NCBI GenBank assembly: GCA_964389975.1
Contig: CAYMGJ010000002.1
Span: 3,109 to 67,108 of the forward strand
Source: an uncultured Candidatus Saccharibacteria bacterium
GTDB taxonomy: Bacteria > Patescibacteriota > Minisyncoccia > Phycocordibacterales > PALSA-1337
Length of the DNA: 64,000 nucleotides
Direction: 5' to 3'
Shown here: positions 39,300-49,953 of the stretch, piece by piece
Position numbering within the stretch: the stretch's first letter is position 1
Layout: every line of letters begins with the position of its first letter
Notes under the pieces: generated by a model
What the model was told of the DNA's origin: nothing
The model's database searches: none
The model's input: the letters and a program-made list of their open reading frames with translations, nothing else
Program-made: the position numbers and the translations under genes

Positions 39300-40442
39300 A
39301 TGTATAAATATATAATATTATTTCTCATTCTCTGTTCTCCTGTTTATGCTCAAGAACCAATTCTTCTTCAGGATACGATTACAACTGTAAAAGCTCGTGT
39401 CATCGAGGTTTTGCACGAAGAACAAAAGCAAGTTCCAGGGACTGATGTTACAAGTACTTTCCAATCCTTGAAGGTTAAGATCTTAGAGGGTGATCAAGAG
39501 GGTGATACGATTGATGTGAGTGATGATTATCTTAGGCTTGAGGTAGGAGACACATTTCTCCTTAATCGTGTTGTAAGTGGACATGATGGGAAAGAAAGTT
39601 ATACAGTATCAGACTCATATCGTATCCCATCTCTCATATTCTTTTCGGTTATTTTTGTGATAGTTGTCCTCGCTATCGGAGGTGTTCAAGGTATTAGGGG
39701 ACTTCTAAGTCTCCTTGGAAGTTTTTTTCTCATTCTCTATGTTCTCATTCCAAGTATTCTTCATGGATATTCTCCTATTCTTGTAAGTATTGGTGTATCT
39801 GCGCTTATTATCGTTGTTGGTTCATATATTACTCACGGTTTTAACAAGACAACAACTTCTGCTGTTCTCGGTATGATTGTAACTGTTGTCTTTACAGGAC
39901 TTATGGCCTACTGGGCTGTCCACTCTTCTCATCTTACGGGCTTTGAGTCTGATGAGGCGGTGTATCTTAATCTAAATACGCGTGGGACTCTTGATATAGC
40001 GGGGATATTATTAAGTGGAATTATGATCGGGTTACTTGGGGTATTGTATGATGTTGCTATTGGTCAATCAATCTCTGTTGAGGAATTACATCGAATCGCA
40101 CCTCATGTATCACGTAGAAAGATATATACACGAGCATTACGTATGGGGCGTGAACATATTGGGGCATTAGTAAATACTCTTGCTATTGCATATGTTGGGG
40201 CATCACTTCCCCTACTTCTCCTCTTTTCTCTCTCTGAGAGTTCTCTTTCTGTGGTTATAAACAGGGAGATCTTTGCAGCAGAAATTATACGAACCCTCAT
40301 TGGAAGCATTGGTCTTGTTCTTGCCGTTCCAATCACTACTCTTCTTGCGGTATTGATGGTGGTCCGCATCAAGGGTTCTGGGTCAGAGGATGATATTAGA
40401 AATGAGCAAAACGCACTCGAGCATCTATCTCATAAACATTAG
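39300..40442 (+). CDS. YibE/F family membrane protein
   Basis: GLLGVLYDV, GREHIGALVNTL..AY.G..LP and EIIRTL.GSIGL. Confidence 0.88.
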   Translation: MYKYIILFLILCSPVYAQEPILLQDTITTVKARVIEVLHEEQKQVPGTDVTSTFQSLKVKILEGDQEGDTIDVSDDYLRLEVGDTFLLNRVVSGHDGKESYTVSDSYRIPSLIFFSVIFVIVVLAIGGVQGIRGLLSLLGSFFLILYVLIPSILHGYSPILVSIGVSALIIVVGSYITHGFNKTTTSAVLGMIVTVVFTGLMAYWAVHSSHLTGFESDEAVYLNLNTRGTLDIAGILLSGIMIGLLGVLYDVAIGQSISVEELHRIAPHVSRRKIYTRALRMGREHIGALVNTLAIAYVGASLPLLLLFSLSESSLSVVINREIFAAEIIRTLIGSIGLVLAVPITTLLAVLMVVRIKGSGSEDDIRNEQNALEHLSHKH

Positions 40443-40456
40443 GGTATACTATATCC

Positions 40457-41005
40457 ATGTCTCATATACAAAAAGCTATATTTGGTGGAGGTTGTTTCTG
40501 GTGTACTGAAGCTGTGTTCAAGATGCTCTCTGGTGTTTCTGTGGTACTTCCTGGCTATGCTGGGGGTACAGTAGCGAATCCAACATATGAACAGATCTGT
40601 ACCGGAACTACTGGTCATGCAGAAGTTGTCTATATTGAATATGATGAGGATATTGTTTCGTACAAAACTCTCCTCACTATTTTCTTTGCATCCCATGATC
40701 CAACCACTCTCAATCGACAGGGAAATGATGTAGGGACTCAATATCGATCATCGATATTTTTCACCACACCCACTCAAGAGAAAGAGGCTCATGAATTTAT
40801 TCAAGATCTTGAAAATTCATCTCACGATGGAGATCATATTGTAACTGAGGTTACTCCTCTCACCACATTATATATGGCTGAAAACTATCATGAAGATTAT
40901 TACGCGCGAAACAAAACTGCTCCATATTGTCAGCTCGTGATACAACCTAAGCTTGAAAAAGTACAGAGACACTATGCCCAGTTACTCAAGGAAGAATATC
41001 GATGA
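40457..41005 (+). CDS. msrA: Peptide methionine sulfoxide reductase A
   Basis: GGGCFWC, GHAE, RQGNDVGTQYRS. Confidence 0.97.
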   Translation: MSHIQKAIFGGGCFWCTEAVFKMLSGVSVVLPGYAGGTVANPTYEQICTGTTGHAEVVYIEYDEDIVSYKTLLTIFFASHDPTTLNRQGNDVGTQYRSSIFFTTPTQEKEAHEFIQDLENSSHDGDHIVTEVTPLTTLYMAENYHEDYYARNKTAPYCQLVIQPKLEKVQRHYAQLLKEEYR

Positions 41006-41017
41006 TATACTTATCTC

Positions 41018-41398
41018 ATGAATGAAGATGAATTAAAGAAGAAATTAACCCCAGAACAGTACAAGGTGCTTCGAGAGAAAGGTACTGAAGCACCTTTCTC
41101 TGGTAAATATATTCATGAAAACAAAGATGGTATATATACCTGTGTTGTCTGTGGCAACAAACTCTTCTCTTCTCAAGCTAAATTTGATTCAGGTACAGGT
41201 TGGCCAAGTTTCGATCAAGCTTTACCGGGCGCTGTCAAAATGAACGAGGACATTAGTCATGGAATGCATAGGGTTGAAATTATATGTGCCCAGTGTAACT
41301 CTCATCTCGGACATGTTTTTGATGATGGACCTACAAAAACAGGTAAACGATATTGTCTTAATTCCGTGTGTCTTGATTTGAAAACCGATGAACACTAA
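41018..41398 (+). CDS. msrB: Peptide methionine sulfoxide reductase B
   Basis: GTE.PF, SGTGWPSF, HLGHVF.DGP and RYCLNS. Confidence 0.97.
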   Translation: MNEDELKKKLTPEQYKVLREKGTEAPFSGKYIHENKDGIYTCVVCGNKLFSSQAKFDSGTGWPSFDQALPGAVKMNEDISHGMHRVEIICAQCNSHLGHVFDDGPTKTGKRYCLNSVCLDLKTDEH

Positions 41399-42188
41399 TT
41401 TTTCTAAAGATATTCATAAGGCATTAGCTTTCGATCTTGATGGGACTCTTGCAGAGAGCAAGAATGATATGACGGAAGAAATGGGAAGTGTACTTGCTTC
41501 ACTTCTTACGTATATGCCTTTGGCGATAGTATCGGGGGCATCAAAGAATCAGTTTATGTCCCAGTGCATTCAACATATTCCTGCTTCTGAAGATCAATTT
41601 AAAAATCTATACCTCTTTCCTGAAAATGGAGCATCTCTCTATGTATTCAGACATGGTGGATGGGTTGCTCATTATGAAGAGAATCTTTCTGATATTCAAA
41701 AGACAAAAATCATGTCGGTTTTAGGAGAAGTTATCCATATCTTCGGACTTCATGAAATTGATGGTTTTGGTCCTCTCATAGAAGATCGGGGAGCTCAGAT
41801 TACTCTCTCATGTCTTGGACAGCATGCATCACTTGAGGCAAAAACCGCATGGGATCCTGATCAGAACAAGAGAAGAGATATGCTTTCATATATGCAACCT
41901 CTCTTACCTGATTTCGATATTAAAATGGGTGGAGCAACTTCAGTTGATATCACGAAGAAGGGAACTAACAAACATTATGCACTTACTATGTATTTGAAAT
42001 TACTCTCCCTCAATCAATCAAATGTACTGTACTATGGAGATGCCATCTTCCCTGGAGGAAATGACTATATTGTAGAAGAGTTCGGGTATCCGTATGTTCA
42101 TGTGCATAATCCACAGGAAACCCTTGAATCTCTCCGTGGTATACTACAAGAGTATGAAAAAACTACTCGAAGAGAGACCCTGGGGTAA
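41388..42188 (+). CDS. HAD-IIB hydrolase, eukaryote-type phosphomannomutase-like
   Basis: FDLDGTL, ENG, IEDRG, GG.TS.DI and GDAIFPGGNDY. Confidence 0.8.
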   Translation: MNTNFSKDIHKALAFDLDGTLAESKNDMTEEMGSVLASLLTYMPLAIVSGASKNQFMSQCIQHIPASEDQFKNLYLFPENGASLYVFRHGGWVAHYEENLSDIQKTKIMSVLGEVIHIFGLHEIDGFGPLIEDRGAQITLSCLGQHASLEAKTAWDPDQNKRRDMLSYMQPLLPDFDIKMGGATSVDITKKGTNKHYALTMYLKLLSLNQSNVLYYGDAIFPGGNDYIVEEFGYPYVHVHNPQETLESLRGILQEYEKTTRRETLG

Positions 42189-42495
42189 TTTTGTTCGCTA
42201 TACACATAATGAACAAACAACGGTAAAGATAATTACAATTAAGCCTGGAGAGGGTCTGTCTTTACAGTCTCATGAAAAGCGTCGAGAGTTCTGGAGAATA
42301 TTAAAAGGTCGACCACATATAGTACTTGGTGATACAGAGATAGATGCTGTGTCTGGAGATGAGTTTGAAATTCCTGAAAGAACTCTCCATCAAATTTCAA
42401 GTATTAATGATGAGGTTCAATTTCTCGAAATTGCATTTGGAGAATTTGATGAGAATGATATTATGCGAATTAGTGATCGATATGGCAGAGCTTAA
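42154..42495 (+). CDS. Cupin mannose-6-phosphate isomerase (type II C-terminal domain)
   Basis: ERPWG, LSLQSH..R.EFW and EDD-like END I.R..D.YGR. Confidence 0.85.
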   Translation: MKKLLEERPWGNFVRYTHNEQTTVKIITIKPGEGLSLQSHEKRREFWRILKGRPHIVLGDTEIDAVSGDEFEIPERTLHQISSINDEVQFLEIAFGEFDENDIMRISDRYGRA

Positions 42496-44320
42496 AGATC
42501 ATCTTGTACCTGTTGGTGTACTTTCACGAAATGAATCAATTGGACTTTTGGGCTACTATTCCAAGGACTCAAAAGGTTATTTCTATTTCTCATGGAGTGA
42601 TGATGGAGTCTCATTCGAAACTGATACCAAGAGAGTCCGTTTTATGAAGGGGAGAGTATCTCACGGAGCTCATGAATGTTCACATTTTCGTTTTTCATAT
42701 GCAAAGCTCTATATAGCTACCTATATACGCACCTTTGAATCTCAATCATATCTCTGTGTTGCTCAATCAAAAGACTTATATACATGGGAGGTTGTATCAG
42801 AAATGGAAGCTATGAAGGCTCCTGCTGTTCTTGTTTCTGATATGACAATTAAGAAAGAGAGAGTTATCTACCACGGTGGGGCATTCATACGATGTCTAAC
42901 ATCAAGAGATATGAAGCTGTGGAGCGATGACGATCATCTTCTTGCAACTTCACGATATGGTTTTTTTGATGAAGGATCTCTCAATCTCATTCAAACTATG
43001 CCTCATAAAGAGGGAACTCTCCTTCTCTATGAGACAAAGGAATACAAAGATGATGTATATAGTTTGTGTATTGGAAGTATCCTTTTTGATTATGAAAATC
43101 CACGTCGTATCCGTAGTCGTTCTCGTGAGCCTATGTGGAAAAGTGAAATGCTATTCCCCCGTGATGTGTCATGTACTCTCATAGGTTCTGTATCTATCGG
43201 AACCATTCTCTACGTCTTCTGGTCAACCCCCTATGATCTCATCATTGCAAAGATTGATAATCTAAGCTCTATTGTAGAAATATATCGTGGTGTAGGTACC
43301 ATCATGACAAAACATGAGGACAATCCAATCAAGGAACCACACCCACATCATTCATGGGAGAATGAATCTGTATGCAATCCTGCCGCTCTCTATGATGGTA
43401 AGACTATCCATCTTCTCTATCGAGCTATGGGTTCTGATGGTATATCGAGAATTGGATATGATAGCAGTGTTGATGGATTTAATTTCAAAGGATCACTCCC
43501 ATACCCTATCTATGCAATGAAAAATCCACGTATGGCTGTACAAGTTCCAACGCGTTCTCAACATATGAATACAAGTATATCGGGTGGTAGTTGGGGAGGT
43601 GCAGAAGACCCACGCGCAGTATCTATTGATGGAAAAATTTATGTAACATTCAATGCTTTTGATGGTTGGGATTTCATACGTATCTGTGCCATCTCAATTG
43701 ATGAAAAAGATTTTAAGAAGAAGAAATGGAATTGGTCGAGTCCAGTATTCATATCTCCTCCTCATGAGATTCATAAGAACTGGGTTTTGTTTCCTGAGAA
43801 GATCAATGGAAAATTTGCGGTGATTCATAGTATTAACCCACGTGTTCAAATTGATTACTTTGATTCTTTTGGTGATTTTGAAAAAGGAAAAAAGAAGATA
43901 CGAAGTGCATTTGGAACAAAGGTACCACGAGATTCATGGGATACATGGGTGCGGGGAGCTGGTCCTCCTCCCCTTAAGACCGACAAGGGATGGCTTGTTT
44001 TCTATCATGCCATGGACAAAGAAGAACCTCATATTGGATACAAATTAGGTGCTCTGCTACTTGATCTTGATAATCCGGAGAAGATAATTGCACGTGCGAA
44101 GGCTCCAGTGCTCTGTCCTGATCAGTGGTATGAAAATGAATACAAGTTTGGTGTCGTCTATGCATGCGGTGCTGTAGTTAAAGACAATACACTTTTCATA
44201 TATTATGGAGGTGGTGATCGTCATGTTTGTGTAGCTTCTGCGCCCTTTGACGTCTTTATGGAGAAACTTATAAAAGATACTCCGGTGTCGCTTAATCAGT
44301 CAATTATTAATCGAATATAG
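42482..44320 (+). CDS. GH130 glycosidase/phosphorylase with a degenerate N-terminal propeller
   Basis: C-terminal NPAA, LYRA, EDPR, KNW.LFPEKI, GPPP and VVYACGA...YYGG.D. Confidence 0.85.
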   Translation: MAELKDHLVPVGVLSRNESIGLLGYYSKDSKGYFYFSWSDDGVSFETDTKRVRFMKGRVSHGAHECSHFRFSYAKLYIATYIRTFESQSYLCVAQSKDLYTWEVVSEMEAMKAPAVLVSDMTIKKERVIYHGGAFIRCLTSRDMKLWSDDDHLLATSRYGFFDEGSLNLIQTMPHKEGTLLLYETKEYKDDVYSLCIGSILFDYENPRRIRSRSREPMWKSEMLFPRDVSCTLIGSVSIGTILYVFWSTPYDLIIAKIDNLSSIVEIYRGVGTIMTKHEDNPIKEPHPHHSWENESVCNPAALYDGKTIHLLYRAMGSDGISRIGYDSSVDGFNFKGSLPYPIYAMKNPRMAVQVPTRSQHMNTSISGGSWGGAEDPRAVSIDGKIYVTFNAFDGWDFIRICAISIDEKDFKKKKWNWSSPVFISPPHEIHKNWVLFPEKINGKFAVIHSINPRVQIDYFDSFGDFEKGKKKIRSAFGTKVPRDSWDTWVRGAGPPPLKTDKGWLVFYHAMDKEEPHIGYKLGALLLDLDNPEKIIARAKAPVLCPDQWYENEYKFGVVYACGAVVKDNTLFIYYGGGDRHVCVASAPFDVFMEKLIKDTPVSLNQSIINRI

Positions 44321-44323
44321 TAT

Positions 44324-46255
44324 ATGTTCTCACTTTCACGCTCAAACAAAAATCCGATTATAGTTCCTGATACAGGAATTGAATGGAAGGCATATGGTAC
44401 TTTCAATTGTTCTCCTGCTCGACAGGGAACTAAAAAGTTCCTTTTCTATCGAGCAATGTCTCGTCCAAAACGTTTTGAATCTTCTCACTTCAGTATGTCT
44501 ATCATTGCGCGTGCAGAAGAGACAGAACGTGGTATACGTGGTCATCGTCCTTTCATTGTTCCAGAAGAAGAGTGGGAAAGATTTGGATGTGAAGATCCCC
44601 GTGTGTCGCGTATAGAGGGTATGAACTATATTTTCTACACAGCTCTCGGATCATACCCATTTCGAGGTGATCATATTCGAGTTGCAGTTGCCCTTACAAA
44701 AGATCTTAATCATATACAAGAACGTCATCTTGTTACACCTTTCAATGCAAAGGCCATGTCATTGTTCCCTGAAAAAATTCAAGGTCGCTATGTTGCATTG
44801 TTTGCTCCATATACTGATGATGGAAAAATTTCTAAAATATCAATTGCAAAATTTGATGCATTGGAGGATATGTGGAATGAGGGATATTGGAAGAAATGGA
44901 ATGATACTATCGAAAACAACAGAATACAAATTCCTTGTAATTCAGGAGAACAGGTTGAGGTAGGGGCACCTCCATTGAAAACAGAGTATGGATGGCTACT
45001 CATATATTCTCATATTCAAAACTATTTCTCTGATTCAAAAATTTTCGGTATTCAAGCAGTTCTTCTTGATCTCAAAAATCCTCAGAAGATTATTGCACAA
45101 ACACGAGGTCACTTCCTTGTCCCTGAAGAAAAATATGAAAAAGAGGGGAATGTTCATGATATAACATTTCCGTCGGGAGCAGAGTTAAAGGGTGACAAGT
45201 TGACGGTATATTATGGAGGTGCTGATACAGTGGTTGCTCAAGCTCATATATCTCTTAAGGGTCTTCTTTCTTCAATGAAATTCTTTGGATCAATGCCGGG
45301 GGAACTTGAGGCTCTCTATGAGCGAAGAACATTTTCAAGAGATTTTAAACAACCCCTTCTTCTTCCACGACCAGATCATGAGTGGGAATCATATGCAGTA
45401 TTTAATCCAGCTGCAATTGCATTTGGTGCTACAACACATATCCTCTATCGAGCAATGTCTCGGGACAATACGTCTGTCGTAGGGTATGCACAGTCATATG
45501 ACATGAAGCGTGTTCGAGTCCGTGATATTACCCCTGCATATGTTCCACGTCTACCTTTCGAAGCAAAGAATGTTCCTGGAGGAAATTCTGGTTGTGAAGA
45601 TCCTCGTATTACCTTGATCGGAGATACTATTTTCATGACATATACCGCATACAACGGAACTGATCTTCCATGTATTGCCCTCACATCGATTTCGAAGAAA
45701 GATTTCATCTCAGGACTATGGACATGGAGTTTGCCAACAAAAATTAGTGCTGATGGAGTTGATGACAAGGATGGAATGCTGTTCCCAGAAAAAATTAAAG
45801 GTAACTATGTATTGATCCACCGGGTTAATCATTGTGTGTGTTTTGATTACTCACCGACACTTGAGTTCAAGAACAGGAATGCATTTAAGAATATCAATAT
45901 ACTATCTCCTCGACGAGGAATGTGGGATAGCAAGAAGGTGGGGGGTGCCATGCCACCATTTAAGTTAAAACAAGGATGGCTTATGCTCTATCACGGTATC
46001 GGTGAAGATGGTCACTATCGTGTTGGTGCTGCTCTTCTTGATTTGAAAAATATTGAGAAAGTAATTGCTCGTAGTACATATCCACTCTTTGAACCTGAAA
46101 TGCCGTATGAACGTGAGGGAATTATCCCAAATGTTGTATTTCCATGTGGGGCAGTGATACGTAAGGGTAGATTACATATATATTACGGAGGTGCTGATAC
46201 GGTGGTGAATGTTGCGTCAATGGATATACGAGATATTCTCGATAGTTTACGTTAG
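44324..46255 (+). CDS. Tandem double-domain GH130 glycosidase/phosphorylase
   Basis: Two complete sets of FN...YRA...GCEDPR...YTA...LFPEKI...YYGGAD. Confidence 0.88.
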   Translation: MFSLSRSNKNPIIVPDTGIEWKAYGTFNCSPARQGTKKFLFYRAMSRPKRFESSHFSMSIIARAEETERGIRGHRPFIVPEEEWERFGCEDPRVSRIEGMNYIFYTALGSYPFRGDHIRVAVALTKDLNHIQERHLVTPFNAKAMSLFPEKIQGRYVALFAPYTDDGKISKISIAKFDALEDMWNEGYWKKWNDTIENNRIQIPCNSGEQVEVGAPPLKTEYGWLLIYSHIQNYFSDSKIFGIQAVLLDLKNPQKIIAQTRGHFLVPEEKYEKEGNVHDITFPSGAELKGDKLTVYYGGADTVVAQAHISLKGLLSSMKFFGSMPGELEALYERRTFSRDFKQPLLLPRPDHEWESYAVFNPAAIAFGATTHILYRAMSRDNTSVVGYAQSYDMKRVRVRDITPAYVPRLPFEAKNVPGGNSGCEDPRITLIGDTIFMTYTAYNGTDLPCIALTSISKKDFISGLWTWSLPTKISADGVDDKDGMLFPEKIKGNYVLIHRVNHCVCFDYSPTLEFKNRNAFKNINILSPRRGMWDSKKVGGAMPPFKLKQGWLMLYHGIGEDGHYRVGAALLDLKNIEKVIARSTYPLFEPEMPYEREGIIPNVVFPCGAVIRKGRLHIYYGGADTVVNVASMDIRDILDSLR

Positions 46256-46272
46256 TGTGATATACTGAAAAT

Positions 46273-46698
46273 ATGAAGAAAATGCTTCTCTGGTTACTGA
46301 TTATCTGTGGTTCTGGTGCATTTCTTGCACTCGGGACTTTTCTTGTTGTAAAAAGTATTCAATCATCAAATGATACCGCTGATGTTGTGGTGATATCTCC
46401 GATAAAAAATTCGGTAATATCATCTCCAGTTGCTATCGCTGGACGTGCTCGTGGATCATGGTTTTTTGAAGGGAGTTTCCCTGTCGTTTTGAAAGATGCT
46501 TATGGAACTGTTTTGGCTGAGAGTCATGTTACAGCCCAGGGTGAATGGATGACACAGGATTATGTTTCTTTTGTTGGTACATTACAATATCAAAAGCAAA
46601 TTCCTGATGCTAAGGGTGTGTTGATATTTATAAAAGACAATCCTTCTGGTTTACCTGAGAATGATGAGTCGGTGGAGGTTCCTATTATTTTTAAATAA
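46273..46698 (+). CDS. Gmad2 immunoglobulin-like domain protein
   Basis: TM anchor; G.ARG.WFFE.SFPV, WMT...V.F and DNPSGL. Confidence 0.8.
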   Translation: MKKMLLWLLIICGSGAFLALGTFLVVKSIQSSNDTADVVVISPIKNSVISSPVAIAGRARGSWFFEGSFPVVLKDAYGTVLAESHVTAQGEWMTQDYVSFVGTLQYQKQIPDAKGVLIFIKDNPSGLPENDESVEVPIIFK

Positions 46699-46703
46699 TA
46701 TTC

Positions 46704-47453
46704 ATGGACATACTTTCACATGGGTTATGGGGTGCTGCTACTTTCGGGAGAAAGAATAGGGCAAGTTTCTGGATGTCTTTTCTTTTCGGTATTATGCCTG
46801 ATTTTCTTGCTTTCGTTCCATTTCTTGCTGGTTCATGGATTGGTGTCTTTACCTATCCTCACTGGGCAACAGGAAGTACACCGAGCCCTGATGCATTTCC
46901 TTCTTTTGTATATCTAGCATATTCATATACCCATAGTCTCATTATTTTTGCACTTGTTTTTCTTCTTGTATGGATACTCCGCAAGAAGCCTCTCTATGAG
47001 ATGTTTGCATGGCCTCTTCATATCATATTTGATATCCCTCTCCACTCAACAGATTTCTTCCCGACACCATTTCTCTGGCCTCTCTCAGATTTCCATATTG
47101 ATGGCATACCATGGTCAGAACCATATATATTCTTACCCAATGTTGTATTTCTTATTGTTATCTATCTATATTTCCTCGTGTACAAGAAGGGGTGGAAACG
47201 TCTTTCAAGAAAAGGGGAACATGAATCATCCCTATGGTTTCGTAGTGAGAAATTGAGTTTGGTGTGGAAGCCTATATCATGGCAGGGATGGCTTGTCTCA
47301 TGTGTATATATTGGTATTATTATCCCTACAGCTTACAATCTCAGTTCTCAATCTCATTCTCTCTCTGATTTCCTCATATCATTTTCTGTCCCTTTCATTA
47401 TCTCAACTTCGATATTTCTTGGTATTTGTTATGTGAAAGGTAAGCGAGCCTAG
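46704..47453 (+). CDS. Membrane metal-dependent hydrolase (YdjM-like) with an extra C-terminal TM domain
   Basis: SHGLWG, PD, THSL, LHI..D..LH and P.LWPL. Confidence 0.7.
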   Translation: MDILSHGLWGAATFGRKNRASFWMSFLFGIMPDFLAFVPFLAGSWIGVFTYPHWATGSTPSPDAFPSFVYLAYSYTHSLIIFALVFLLVWILRKKPLYEMFAWPLHIIFDIPLHSTDFFPTPFLWPLSDFHIDGIPWSEPYIFLPNVVFLIVIYLYFLVYKKGWKRLSRKGEHESSLWFRSEKLSLVWKPISWQGWLVSCVYIGIIIPTAYNLSSQSHSLSDFLISFSVPFIISTSIFLGICYVKGKRA

Positions 47454-47468
47454 TGTATACTAGGTAGT

Positions 47469-48476
47469 ATGAAAACCATCATACAAGAATACGCCCCCCT
47501 TATTCGCTCAGCAATCGATTCATCACATTCAATACTTCTTCATTGTCACCCTCATGCCGATCCTGACAGTGTGGGATCTGCTCTTGCTATGAAGTTTGCA
47601 CTTGAAGGACTTGGAAAGAAAGTTACTGTTATTCAAGGTGATAGTCCTATATCAAAAGAATTTCATTTCCCTGGTATTGAGAGTATTGTTCCTCAATCTG
47701 TTCCTCAAACTGATTTTTCTCAATTTGATCTTTTCATTATGCAGGATAGCGGGTCACTTGATATGGTTTCAAGGAATCCTTTTACATTGCCAGATAGTTT
47801 ACAGACTATCGTCATCGATCACCATATTACAAATACAAAATATGGGAAGATAAATTGTGTAGATCCTTCATACTCATCAACAGCAGAGCTTCTCCATGAT
47901 TTGTTTAAAGAGATGAATATTCCTCTCAATCATGATATTGCCCTTAACCTCTTTATGGGAATGTATACTGATACAGGAGGATTCCGGCATGAAAATACAA
48001 CAACAAGATCTTGGGAAACTGCTGTAGAACTCATTCACTATGTCCCTGATTATCATAAAACTATTTTCATTATGGAGAATAGTAGGAGTTTAAATTCTCT
48101 AAGATTTGAAGGGATCGCATGGAATTCAATACAGACATTTTATGACAACAAGCTTGTAGTTGTAGCAATTTCTTATGATGATCTCAAGAAACATGACATA
48201 TCTCTTGAAGATGCTTCTGCTTCATATATATCAAACAAGCTAAAGTCAGTTATTGGTTTTGATATTGCAGTTACTCTTGTTGAATATGAACCTGGTATTG
48301 TAAAAGGTAGTTTACGTACTCGAAACTCTGAAAAGTATGATCTCAGTGTGCTTGCTCGAGGGATAAGTGAAGTGGGTGGGGGACATAAGGCTGCTGCCGG
48401 GTTTTCTATCAAAGGAACAGTTTCTCAGGCTATTGAGCAAGTGGTCAAAACAGTTAAAGATGTATATAATTTCTAA
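47469..48476 (+). CDS. nrnA: DHH family oligoribonuclease / pAp phosphatase
   Basis: H..ADPDSVGS, IDHH, TDTGGF, SLR and GGGH..AAG. Confidence 0.88.
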   Translation: MKTIIQEYAPLIRSAIDSSHSILLHCHPHADPDSVGSALAMKFALEGLGKKVTVIQGDSPISKEFHFPGIESIVPQSVPQTDFSQFDLFIMQDSGSLDMVSRNPFTLPDSLQTIVIDHHITNTKYGKINCVDPSYSSTAELLHDLFKEMNIPLNHDIALNLFMGMYTDTGGFRHENTTTRSWETAVELIHYVPDYHKTIFIMENSRSLNSLRFEGIAWNSIQTFYDNKLVVVAISYDDLKKHDISLEDASASYISNKLKSVIGFDIAVTLVEYEPGIVKGSLRTRNSEKYDLSVLARGISEVGGGHKAAAGFSIKGTVSQAIEQVVKTVKDVYNF

Positions 48477-48478
48477 TT

Positions 48479-49141
48479 ATGGAAGAGAAAAAAGAAGAAA
48501 AAAAGAAACAAGCTCCAGTATATGTATCGATGATCGGTATCATCCTCATTTTTGGAGTCTTGTATATTATTAATTCAGTTGAAAAGGTAACTACCACATC
48601 TCCTGCGGCAACATCTTCGGAGACAGTGCCGTTATCATCATCATTAACAACTACACCTGTACAACGTATGCATACTATATCTATAGAAACAAATAAAGGA
48701 ACAATCGTGTTTGAAACATATGACAATGACGCACCACATACTGTGAAGAATTTTATTACCCTTGCTAATAAGGGATATTACAATGGCGTTATCTTTCATC
48801 GTGTTATCGAAGGATTTATGATTCAAGGAGGTGATCCTACGGGAACTGGTCGTGGAGGTCCAGGATATACTTTTGCTGATGAACTCAATCCTCAAACAGA
48901 TTCTTACAAGAAAGGATATACTCGTGGAACAGTTGCTATGGCAAATGCTGGTCCAAACACTAATGGTAGTCAGTTCTTCATTATGCATAAGGATACTCCA
49001 CTTCCAAATGCATATAGTATCTTTGGACATGTGGTAAGTGGAATGGAGGTTGTTGATGCAATCGCAACAACTGAGACTGATTCAAGTGACAAACCTCTTC
49101 AACCTATCATCATGAACAAGGTGACGGTATCAGAGAAATAA
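48479..49141 (+). CDS. Membrane-anchored cyclophilin-type PPIase
   Basis: FHRVI.GFMIQGGDP.G.G.GGPGY, AMANAGPNTNGSQFFI. Confidence 0.95.
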   Translation: MEEKKEEKKKQAPVYVSMIGIILIFGVLYIINSVEKVTTTSPAATSSETVPLSSSLTTTPVQRMHTISIETNKGTIVFETYDNDAPHTVKNFITLANKGYYNGVIFHRVIEGFMIQGGDPTGTGRGGPGYTFADELNPQTDSYKKGYTRGTVAMANAGPNTNGSQFFIMHKDTPLPNAYSIFGHVVSGMEVVDAIATTETDSSDKPLQPIIMNKVTVSEK

Positions 49142-49143
49142 TT

Positions 49144-49908
49144 ATGTCAGAATATTACAACCCTCTTCGAACTAAAAATCTTTTTGATCCTGAGAGCGAT
49201 GCTCCCTTCAGAATTTCTCGTTCTAAGATTGAATTGTTCCAGGGTTGTCCTCTTTGTTTCTATCTTGACCGTCGTCTCGGTGTCGGTCGTCCTCCTGGAT
49301 TTCCTTTTGCCCTTAACTCAGCTGTCGATACACTTCTCAAGAAAGAGTTTGATGTTCATCGTGCTGAGAAGACATCACATCCTCTAATGGAAGCTTATGG
49401 ACTTACTGATATTGTTCCTTTTCAGCATAAGAAGCTTGATGTATGGCGTGAGAATTTCAAGGGTGTTGAATATCATTTTGAACCAGCCCAGTTTGTTATA
49501 ACGGGAGCAGTTGATGATATATGGGTTGATTCAAAGGGGAAGTTAATTATCGTTGATTATAAATCAACGAGTAAAGAAGAAAAGGTTACTTTGGATAAAG
49601 AGTGGCAGATTAGCTACAAGCGTCAGATGGAGATATATCAGTGGCTTTTCCGCAACAATGGATTTGAAGTATCTGATACAGGGTATTTCGTATACTGTAA
49701 TGGTAAAACAGATAGAAAAGCTTTTGATGCAAAGCTTGAGTTTGATATTGATCTCATACCATACACAGGTGATCCCTCATGGATACCTGATACCCTCATG
49801 GATATGAGAAAGTGTCTTATGCAGGAAACCCCTCCAAAGCCAGCGTCTTCGTGTGACTATTGTCTCTATCGTAAGGCTGCTCGTGATGTACAAAGCAAGA
49901 AGAAGTGA
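49144..49908 (+). CDS. PD-(D/E)XK nuclease family protein (RecB/Cas4-like)
   Basis: CPLCFY, GAVDD, IVDYK, Q.EIY and C-terminal CDYC. Confidence 0.85.
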   Translation: MSEYYNPLRTKNLFDPESDAPFRISRSKIELFQGCPLCFYLDRRLGVGRPPGFPFALNSAVDTLLKKEFDVHRAEKTSHPLMEAYGLTDIVPFQHKKLDVWRENFKGVEYHFEPAQFVITGAVDDIWVDSKGKLIIVDYKSTSKEEKVTLDKEWQISYKRQMEIYQWLFRNNGFEVSDTGYFVYCNGKTDRKAFDAKLEFDIDLIPYTGDPSWIPDTLMDMRKCLMQETPPKPASSCDYCLYRKAARDVQSKKK

Positions 49909-49953
49909 TAAAATACTCTTGTAGTTTATTATTAGTTTTTAATATATTTCAGT

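Noticed and set aside
49144-49908. Cas4 / CRISPR locus
   Set aside because: No cas1/cas2 and no repeat-spacer array seen in the window; this is a solo PD-(D/E)XK nuclease.
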